A stretch of 64,000 nt of DNA, taken from the NCBI GenBank assembly GCA_963693365.1, contig CAVNZM010000007.1, positions 4,151,962 through 4,215,961 on the forward strand, read 5' to 3'. Origin of the DNA: Amoebidium appalachense. Lineage: Eukaryota > Protista > Ichthyosporea. Shown here in pieces: positions 55,077 to 64,000 of this stretch. Every line of letters starts with the position of its first letter. The first letter of the stretch is position 1. The notes under the pieces were generated by a model. That model was not told where the DNA came from. It saw only the letters and a list, made by a program, of their open reading frames with translations, and ran no database searches. A program made the translations under genes and the position numbers.

Positions 55077-56018
55077 AACAAACACACGAACGTGCAAGCG
55101 CATGTGTTTAACGGTGGCGTGGAGAGGAGGGAAGGGGGGGGGGGGGGGGGGGGGGGATGTATGCGTTAGAGGGTTGGAAATATGGAGGAGACAACAACGA
55201 GCATCAACAAAACGTCACAAAACGGGAAGTCCAAAATCAAACAATTTAAGCGTGCAGGCAGAAGGCACTTGAACAGAGCCGATCATCAGGGGGGTTCCTA
55301 TGCCTCCACAAAAGCATGGGTTTCGAGTCTTTAACCTCTCGCGCTTGGTTCCCAACCCATACTTTGTTTCAACAGCAGTAGGCGAGTCCACCCGTCTTGG
55401 CCAAAGACGCGCAGGGTTGTTCAAGGAGCAGCAATCCAAGAAAACAGAGTCTAAAAAAACTGCAAGCAGACAAAAACAAAGAAAACAAGCAGGGGAGGAA
55501 GGAGCAAAGAAGGGTGTGTAGCGTATGTGTACGTGTCAACTCAGGTGTACACGAGCTTGTTGAGTGGATGCCTGCATACGTGCGAGTTGCCCAAACAATG
55601 CCCGTGTGCACGTGCGTGTGTATACGTATGTGCACACGTTGGCTTAGTGGCAGTGTAAATCTTTGTAAATGTGGTCGCTGTTAAGCCAATCGCAATTGTT
55701 CTTGCACACAATGTATGTTTACGTGTGCATATGCGGATGTATGCACATGTGTCTTCGTGCAAACGTGTGGTGCCCAGTGAAAAGAGTCGATATACCGACA
55801 AAAGACCCTTTTCCCGATTTCAATGAAGTGCAGTGGCAGAGGCCGAGTAGGTCCCCACGTCTACGTGTGTGTGCCAATGAGGGAAAAGGGTAGGCACAGG
55901 GAGAGAGGTAAGTACGTGAAGGGTTGAGTGGCACAAAATGCCGTAGCACGCACGAAGTACGACATCATGCAACGGAACACACACATGTCGGGGCATAAGG
56001 GACGTGGTGGTGGTTGGT

Positions 56019-56051
<33 letters not shown>

Positions 56052-56954
56052 GGTGTCACACATTCATCAATAGACCAACATGTAGTGTATGGGTCAACAT
56101 CTACACCAGGTCCACATGCACACGGTACAAGTACGACAAGTTGGAAACAAACACACACAACCCACCCACGGACCTTTTGTCTGAGCTGGACCACTGCGTT
56201 CCAGTGGTCCTTTGCGTTGTTTCTGTGGCAGCTGTCGCACATCTGGTGGTTGACCACGTACTCGACTATGAAGTCCTGCTGCAGGATCGTAGACGCAAAC
56301 ACCTGTGTGTGTGTGTGCGTGTGTGTTTGTGTGCGTGTGCGTGTGTGCGCGCGCAAGGGAGTTGAAGGGAAAAGGGGAAGGGGAGAAAGGGGTTTGTGAA
56401 CGAAATCGAAAGGAAAGAGTCATCTCGGGAAGCCCGGAGGGGTGGGGGAGGGAGTGGGGCTCGTGATCATTATCTACCCGCCCAAAGCAAGGGAATCTCT
56501 GCAGGCAGGAAGGTGGCCTCTTGTGTACGCTCACACATTTGTGCATGTGTACGTGTGTGTTTTGCTGCATGTGCACTATGCATGCATGCGTGGCCATCCT
56601 GCCATGTGTGTGTGTGTGTGCACTTGTGTGTTTCTATGTGCAGTGCAAAAAATGCATGTGTCCTAGGCAATCCCTTAACCCTTCTCTCAGTCTTTCTCAC
56701 ACACGCACCCCCCCCCCCCCCCCCCCCTCCCACCACACACACCAAACAGCACGCCAACATACCACAGCCACAACCCACCATCAACAGCATTAGACACACC
56801 GAAGCGCCAGTGCCACAGCCCCAACTCTACCGCCCAGTCATGTACACGCACACACACGGACAAAAGCAACCCCCCTTCCCCCCTTCCCACCCCCGCCATC
56901 CTCACCTCCGAGACCATGACTCTTCTCCCTTTGGCCACCCCCCCCCCCCCCCCC

Positions 56955-56985
<31 letters not shown>

Positions 56986-57245
56986 TCCACACACACACAT
57001 CCACGTGCACATGCGCCCACACCTCCTTCTGGATGACCAGGCGGACCTTTAGCCGCTTAGAGTGAGGTTCGGTCCACACAAATGTCGCATCAACCAGCCG
57101 CACCTTGTTAAGCCCCTGCATCCCCACACGTGTTATACATACAACTGCCCCCCCCCCCCCCCTCCAGAAAAAAAAACCTACTCTTCCCTCCTTACCCATC
57201 TCCCCTGCCCCTTCCTCCCACCGGCTTCCCCCTCTCTAACCCTCC

Positions 57246-57276
<31 letters not shown>

Positions 57277-59149
57277 ACAACCCTCGTTCCCTCGGCCACA
57301 GGGAGCATGAATGCACGCACAACACGCATTCACAAGAACAAAATCATGCATATAACTTTCTCCACGATACATCCCACTCCCCCCCCCCCCCCCCCCCTCC
57401 CTTCATCCCCTCTCCCTCCACCCTAGATAACTGCCATCCCCCTATCCTCCCCCCTCCCCTCTCCAACTAAAATAAAAAATAATGAACAAATCTCATCCAC
57501 CCACTCCCCTTCTCCCAACCCCTTTCCACGTCTCACCCACCACCACCATCCTCACCTTCATGGCCATGCCCCCCCCCCCCCCTCCCCCCCAACAGCCACC
57601 CACCCACCCTCCCCCCCCCCCCCCCCCCCAAAAAAAAAAACCCCTCACAATCCCTACGGAAAAAGAACCTTCATTATCACAATCACATCCCTCTCCCCAC
57701 CCAATCATTCAGCCCAAACTCAACACGCATGACACAATCTCCACAGCCACCACACATGCCACCCATCCCCCCCCCCCCCCCCCCCCCCAAATAAACAAAC
57801 AAACAAACAAACAAACAAACAAACAAATAAATAAATAATAAAAAAAATACACACTCACGCACCTTGAGCCTCTTCAGGCAGATAGCCAGCAGCTCACGTG
57901 ACTCCAGCGCTGCCGTCACCCAGATGGCGGGTGGCTGCAAATATCTGTGTGCCCATCAGGTGAGAAACAGGCCTATACATCCTGGCATGAAACTGTGCTT
58001 GTGCAGAGGCTACCCCCTCCCCCCCCCCCCTCCCCGCCCGCCCCTCCACCCCCACACACTGACACTACTTCACCATATACCCTTCGACTCCCTTCCGGTT
58101 TCTTTTAATATTTAACATTTAACCTCAACATTTGACCTACCATCACACAGACACAAACACGGTCCCCCCCCCCCCCCCCCCTCTCCCCCAAAGCAGCCCC
58201 CAGCCCCCAGCCCCCAGCCCCCTCCCCCCTTCCCCCCTCCCCCCCTCCCCCCCAACCCCTCCTCTCTACACACACACACAAACAAACCTCTTCCTTTACT
58301 AAACCCGTCCTGTCACTTTCAAACTATGCCCTCTCTCCCCCAACCACATACGCAAGTGGTGCATCCAAGCACACCCACCTACCCACCCACCCAACCCCAG
58401 ACCACCCACGTGTAAGCCAAAACACACCTATCACAGCCCCTGCAGAAATACAGAGCCACCTGCTTCTGTATGCCCTCGGTCACATCGACTGACGAACGGA
58501 TGCAGTTGATGCACATGTTGGCCGGGTTGGGGGGGATGGGGATACCGCATTGGCAGCACAGACTGGAGAGTGACCAAGGTGTTAGAAAGGATGCAAGGAA
58601 TGAGCTGATATATTGGGTGAAGGAGTGTGTATGTGGTAGGTGGGGTGGTGGGGCTAGAGAGGGCCGTGGGCGCAGGGGCGCACGCAGGGGGGCGGGGGAG
58701 GGGACTTGAGGGTTCAAGTATACCACCGTCATGGTGATCCGGCAGAGGAAGAAGGTAAAGTGGGGAGAAGGGGGGGGAGGGGGGGGGGGGGTTGAAATGC
58801 GGAACACGGTACGAAGTACGCATACACGACGAGAAGCATGGTGCAGGACACATGCAAAGGCAAACATTCAAGTAAGCAACATCAGCCATGTGCACAGTAT
58901 GCGTCATAAGCAGAGCCCATCCTCAGGGGGGGGCGGGCAAGGCTGTGTAAAAAAAAGAAAAATAGAGAGATTCGAAGATCTGCCAGGGGGGCGGGTGTAA
59001 AAGTGTACATTCTTTTTTTTTGTGTGTGTGTGTGTATGTGTGTGTGGTGTGTGTTTGTGTGTGCGCACACGTGCGTGTACACGTATGTGCGTGGGTGTGT
59101 GCGTGTGTGTGTGCGTGCACGCAAATGTCTGTCTGTCTGTCTGTGTCTT

Positions 59150-59229
<80 letters not shown>

Positions 59230-59591
59230 TGCGTGTGTGTGTGTGTGTGTGTGCCTGCGGCGCGAGTACGCGCTTGTGTTCGTCGATGTGCAATAGTATG
59301 TGCTTCTAAGGTGCTAAAGGGCTTGTGGGCTTGTGGAGTGCCTGACGCCGTGCCTCATGTCCTTCTTTGTGTGTGCAAATAGATGGGCGTGTCATTGTCT
59401 GTATTCTCTGTTGTGCGCGCGTGCGTGCATGAGTGCGTATGTGCGTGCGTGCGTTCGTGACATCGTGCAATTACTGGCTGTTTGCCAAGATCTCGGTGAA
59501 GGACTGGGAGCAGGAACATGAGTTGTTGAGGACAAAACAGCCAAGCTTACATCATCTGCTGCTGCGGTGCTGTCGGTTGCATGTACTCCAT
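48492..59591 (-). CDS. NMD3: 60S ribosomal export adaptor NMD3, 15 exons, ~514 aa
   Basis: Phase-consistent exons 59591-59551, 58562-58428, 57944-57863, 57115-57023, 56302-56174, 55015-54922, 54527-54452, 53677-53581, 53050-52998, 52303-52239, 51212-51094, 50692-50577, 50076-49885, 49584-49511, 48670-48492. Signatures LCCQCGIPIPPNPANMC, LESRELLAICLK, FVWTEPHSKRLKV, WNAVVQLRQKVDHKKTFFFLEQLI, THLGNLL, DYEMFMRDLEED and C-terminal NES LEEMMDALTL. Confidence 0.97.
49225..49363 (-). repeat. Copy of intronic repeat family with best-preserved hammerhead-like core
   Basis: Minus strand reads CCG-GAAA-TTCGGGTA-CTC-AGGAG-AGCTTGGGG-CTCCT-CTGATGA-CGGGCTCT, homologous to 62821-62875. Confidence 0.65.
51224..51570. 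repeat. ~33-bp minisatellite, about 10 degenerate units, in NMD3 intron 10
   Basis: Unit GGTGAGATATACGGGAGAGATATAAAGCATGTG repeated head-to-tail next to the acceptor of exon 11. Confidence 0.85.
52601..52668 (-). repeat. Partial copy of intronic repeat subtype B
   Basis: Reverse complement is near-identical to 62903-62968. Confidence 0.8.
55156..55330 (-). repeat. Intronic interspersed repeat, subtype A (~175 bp)
   Basis: Reverse complement aligns with 11784-11958. Confidence 0.85.
58791..58932 (-). repeat. Intronic interspersed repeat, subtype B
   Basis: Minus strand CCCCCTGAGGATGGGCTCTGCTTATGACGCATACTG... matches 62855-62900 and 63955-64000. Confidence 0.8.
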
Positions 59592-60389
59592 AGTGGCGGT
59601 GGGGCTATCGGTCCTGACGCAGAAAGGTGATAGTGTGGGGGGTGGAAATGAAAAATATTGGCAAAAACAAACTTCTCACTAATAATATTAGCCCTTACTT
59701 CCTACGTTTCTCCTGTTTCAACGTGTGTCGGTGTGAGTTCATGTACACGTGTGAGATTTCTTCATGTCTTTCACCAGCACTCGCATTCGTAGGCAGCTAT
59801 ATTTAGAATTATATTAGTATAAAAGCGCTATTTAGGTACAATGACGTAATAGAAAGGCCAAGATCGACCAATCGAAACACAGGTATTTTTGGTGCATTCG
59901 ACAGACATGAGCAAAATCAGTAGTCTGTAAATAAAATGACGTCATTCTTAATGCACATTTACATGGGCTCTGATGTAAATTATGCTTGAGAAGTTTACAG
60001 CTGAAGACTATTCACAGTTTAACGAGAGAGAGAGAGAACAGAGAGAGAGAACAGAGAGAGAGCTGCCGGACAGAGAGAGCCTGAGAGAGAGAAAGAGAGA
60101 GAGAGAGAGCGAGATCTAGAGAGTGTGTGTGAGACAGAAACAGTGCACCCTGTGCGACGGATGGGGAAGTCCTTTCTTTATTGAATCAACAATAACCACA
60201 TCGTTATGTGGGTGGGTGCATTTCAACAAATTCATACCGTCTTGAGCTACCGTCTTGCCAACTCCGCCTTCCAACAGCAAAGACCTCTCAAGCTCAGGAA
60301 CTAGCTGCCGGTTTTTTTTTGTACGGGAAGGCGAAGAAAGTAACCTAGCACACAAAAACTAGAGAAAACACACATACAAACACCTCAAC
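59592..60389. promoter_or_regulatory. Bidirectional promoter region NMD3/COQ7
   Basis: ~800 bp between outward-facing ATGs; ATGACGTAAT (59841-50), CCAAT (59868-72), palindromic CRE ATGACGTCAT (59936-45), GA-rich tract 60024-60113. Confidence 0.6.
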
Positions 60390-60963
60390 ATGCTTCGGGC
60401 AGCTGTGACGGTTCTGCCACGCACTAGGAGTGTGCGTGCCGCGGCGGCCGTGTGTGCCAGGCGGGCATACACAACGCCAGCTGGGCAACAGGTATGTGTG
60501 CGGGTGCGTGTGTGTATGCGCGCGCGCACTTACGCCCGTGCATGCACATTGCGTGCGTGTGCGCGTGCGTGCGGGTGCGCATGTGTGTGCAACTGTATTT
60601 GCTTGAAAGTGTCAGTGCGTGCGTGGCTGCCTGCGCTGCGTGCTTACGTGCTCGTGTGTGCGTGCCTGTGTGCTTATGTACGTTTGTACAAATGTTCGTG
60701 CGCGCATGCGCGTGTGTGCCTGTGTGTGTGTATGTATGTCTGCATGTGTAGGCACCTTGCTGTTAGGTGTGGTGCATACTTGTGTTGCACCTTTTCTGGC
60801 GTTTGTGAGTGAATGGTTTGTGTGCCGAACAACAACAACTGACGTGCACACCTGTACAAGTATGGTTACGGGGTGGTGGCATGTTTTTCTGTGCCCTTGT
60901 GATTTTCTTCAAGATTGCCCGCTTTGGCCATAAAAATAACGACTGGGCCGCTATGTCCGCACG

Positions 60964-61006
<43 letters not shown>

Positions 61007-62502
61007 ACTTTTATTTGTTTATTTATTTTATTATTGTTATTATTATTATTATTATTATTATTGGGGGGGTGGGGGGGGGGCAGTAAGTAATTTTTGGACT
61101 GGATATGCTTATCCTGTATGTGCGCCTACTTGGTAGTTAGCTCTTCTTTTCTGTGTGTATGGGCGATTCGACGTGTTGGCGCCGAAAACCCCCCCTCCCC
61201 CTCTCCTTCCTCTGGACGCCGCCCTGGTTGCCCGCGCGCCCACCCGCACACCTTCCCCTAACAACACACGAGACACAAAAATAAAAGGGAAAGAAAGAAA
61301 TCCGCCCCGCGTTCCCACACACCCACACGACGCACACGCTGCAAACAATGACACACACTCTCCCACACATCCACACACACACGCAAAAACATGCACACAC
61401 ACACACCACACACACACACAGACACACAAAAACACACGGTGAGGCGGGAGGGAGGGCACAAGGGAGGGAGTGGGGGACAGCAAGAGAAGGAAGGAGGGAC
61501 AGAGGAAAGAGTGAGGGAGAGAGGATATATATTATGAATGAATGATGGTGAGTTGGGGGCACGGCGGGGGGGGGGGGGGGGGGGGGGGGGGAAGGGGGGG
61601 GAGGGGGGGGGGGGGGATACAACAAACGGCTAATGCGCAGATAGTAAGAGAAAAGAAAAAGGGAATGTGTTGTTTCTCAGGTCGAGATAAATGGGTTATG
61701 TCCCTAGGTGTTTTTAATGCTGACACGGGTTGCCAGGCTGAGGTCAGTGGGCAGACAGAAACGAGGGAGGAGAGGCGGCAGAGAATAAAGAGGAAGTATG
61801 AGTCACTGAGCCCGGAGGAGAGGGAGTTGGTGGGTGAATCCATGTTTTTGTCCGTTTTTTTTTTTTTTTTTTTTTTTTTGGGGGGGGGGGGGAGGGGGGG
61901 GGGGGGGAGCTAAAGGAGGGGGGCTGGTTTGTGGGTGCCTTATGGCTGGGAGCAGCCAAATCCTTACGATGATTTGTACGGATGACGATGCCCATCACAT
62001 CTGTGGACTAATGTAGGCCAGCTTCCTCTTTCTTTTCTCGCTTTCCTTATTTGTACACGCACCAAACACGAAATAAACAGCTGATAGGGTGGGGATTAGA
62101 TGGACAACACAATCGTCAAAGAAGTTGCCACTTTTTTTCTTCCTCTCTTTTTGCACCGTCTGTAATCTGTATCTGCGAACACCTTTTGTTTCTCGGTGAA
62201 TTTCCCCCCCCCCCCCCCGTGTGCGTGTGTGGTGTGTGTGTTGGGGGAGGGGGGGGGGGGAAGCTCACGGTGATATGGCGTGCTTTTGAATGATGTCTGT
62301 GTTTCGTGTGTTTGCTACATATAGTTACTGGATAGATGCATGGATGTGATTTTGAAATATTGTCCGAATATGGCCAAAATGATTCAGGAATCATATGGAA
62401 AGGAAGCTCATATCATCCACTTACCCACATGCTCGCCTGCACACACATACGAACCCACCCACCCACATAGACCCACACAGCCACACACACACTTCATTTC
62501 AC

Positions 62503-62597
<95 letters not shown>

Positions 62598-62777
62598 CTA
62601 CACAATCACCCTCGCTCGCCCGCACACACACACGCACGCACGCACCCACACACCCACGCACACGTGCAGATAGACGGTATTATCCGTGTAGACCATGCTG
62701 GGGAGTTGGGTGCCGATCGAATCTATGCTGGCCAGATGGCTGTTTTGGGCAAGACACCAGTAGGCCCCGTTATTCAG
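60390..62777 (+). CDS. COQ7: 5-demethoxyubiquinone hydroxylase COQ7/CLK-1, first three exons (continues beyond window)
   Basis: Exons 60390-60491 (presequence MLRAAVTVLPRTRSVR...), 61737-61829, 62670-62777 (IDGIIRVDHAGELGADRIYAGQMAVLG, the COQ7 di-iron signature), all phase 0. Confidence 0.93.
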
Positions 62778-62820
62778 GTGAATTCATTCCCCCCCGTTGG
62801 GTTTCGTTAACGAGGGGAAT

Positions 62821-62970
62821 AGGTCGAAACTCGGGTACTGTGGATGACGTGGGCCCCCCCTGAGGATGGGCTCTGCTTATTATGCATACTCTTTATGTAT
62901 GGCTTGCATTCTGCATCGTGTTATCCGTTTGTTCTTGTGTACTTCGTACTTTTTGACGCATTCAAAACCC
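62821..62970 (+). repeat. Intronic interspersed repeat, subtype B, with GAAA...CTGAGGA core
   Basis: AGGTCGAAACTCGGGTACTGTGGATGACGTGGGCCCCCCCTGAGGATGGGCTCTG...; shares segments with the copies at 49225, 52601, 58791 and 63943. Confidence 0.8.
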
Positions 62971-63352
62971 CCCCCCCCCTCCCCCCCCCCCCAAAAAAAA
63001 ACAAAACAAAAAAAACAAACAAAAAAAAAACCACCCTCCCGGGCGTACACCAACGTGCATCCTTTCTTTCATTCCTTTGCATGCACCCAAGCGTTCTTGC
63101 ACATCTAACCTCCTAATTTCATATGCCCTTCTGTTTTGAGCAGGTTTTTTCCTGTTGTTCGTAAGATGGTTGACCAATGCTGCACTTCTATTCACCTCTC
63201 ACGATTCTATTGCCGTCTTTTTTTTTTCCGAATGTGATTCGTCACGTGGTTGTATCCGCCCACGGGGACACAAGAATGTGACAGGTGGGTGGGTGGGGGG
63301 AGGGGGAAGAGGGGGGGGCGGGAGGGATGGACCCTGATTTGTGTCCCATTAA

Positions 63353-63898
63353 GGAGACTTGGGGGATGGTTTTCAAATAAAAAAAATTGGGGGTGCGCAG
63401 CCGATCAAGATCGACCAAATTCCCTAATTGATCCAGTCGGTCAATCGAGGCCGGAAGGTCCGAAAATTCAACTTTCAATATAAACCCCATGTCATTTGTG
63501 AGAGAATGAGCGCAGAAACCGGGGGAGAAAATTTTTTTTTGATTAGAAAGTGGGGGTTGGTTAGTTATGATTTATGTATATCTACCAGTGAAAAAATTTG
63601 GTTCGAGCTGCCCGTTATCGCTTAGCGTAAGCATATATGGAGGATGTAGAAATCGATTTTTCCACGGGCTGACACATCAACATCCATTATGTAATTAACC
63701 CCCACTTTATTAGTAGGATTTTTTTTTCAGGGCGAGTTTCTGTGCTCATTCTCTCACAAATGACATGGGGTTCATAATGAAAGTTGATTTTTTCGGACCT
63801 TCCGGGCTCGATTGACCGACTGGATCAATTATGGAATTTGGTCGATAGATCGGCTGCGCACCCCCAATTTTTATTTGAAAATCCTCCCCCAAGTCTTT
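63353..63898. mobile_element. Non-autonomous DNA transposon (MITE), 546 bp, ~170-bp imperfect TIRs, TTAA target duplication; Kolobok-like termini
   Basis: TTAA(63349-52) GGAGACTTGGGGG... and ...CCCCCAAGTCTTT TTAA(63899-902); 63353-~63520 is the inverted copy of ~63737-63898; no transposase ORF. Confidence 0.88.
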
Positions 63899-63942
63899 TT
63901 AAGTTATCGACCCCCCCCCCCCCCCCCCCCCCAGACGCAATT

Positions 63943-64000
63943 GATGACTTGGGCCCTCCCTGATGATGGGCTCTATGACGCATACTGCGCGCATGGCTAT
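63943..64000 (+). repeat. Intronic repeat subtype B, truncated by window end
   Basis: GATGACTTGGGCCCTCCCTGATGATGGGCTCTATGACGCATACTG matches 62843-62890 and the 58791-58932 copy. Confidence 0.75.

Noticed and set aside
63353-63898. piggyBac assignment for the TTAA-flanked element
   Set aside because: Termini start with GG rather than the CC/CA typical of piggyBac.

Overview
Intron-rich eukaryotic nuclear DNA, probably from a unicellular opisthokont (the taxon cannot be fixed from sequence alone). Introns are packed with poly-C/poly-G runs and (CA)n/(CT)n microsatellites, so almost all listed ORFs are noise; genes were rebuilt by hand from GT-AG junctions with phase checking. In order, the window holds: a vacuolar/endosomal Qa-syntaxin (+, 8 exons); an uncharacterised, probably mitochondrial membrane protein (+, 3 exons); an alpha/beta-hydrolase (-, 7 exons) lying head-to-head with a ~1450-aa NRPS-like gene (+, 13 exons); a decayed accessory interval with a CXC-domain gene fragment abutting an LRR fragment; NMD3 (-, 15 exons); and the 5' part of COQ7 (+). 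The NRPS-like gene encodes a fatty acyl-AMP ligase-like A domain, a carrier protein and three membrane/hexapeptide units resembling the C-terminus of epsilon-poly-L-lysine synthetase. Non-coding features: a nad2 NUMT with TGA read as Trp, a TTAA-flanked Kolobok-like MITE, a strongly base-paired ~255-nt intronic element, and an intronic repeat family with hammerhead-like core boxes that is always in the host-sense orientation. The best candidate for an undescribed system is the divergent hydrolase + FAAL-ACP-Pls-like synthetase pair.
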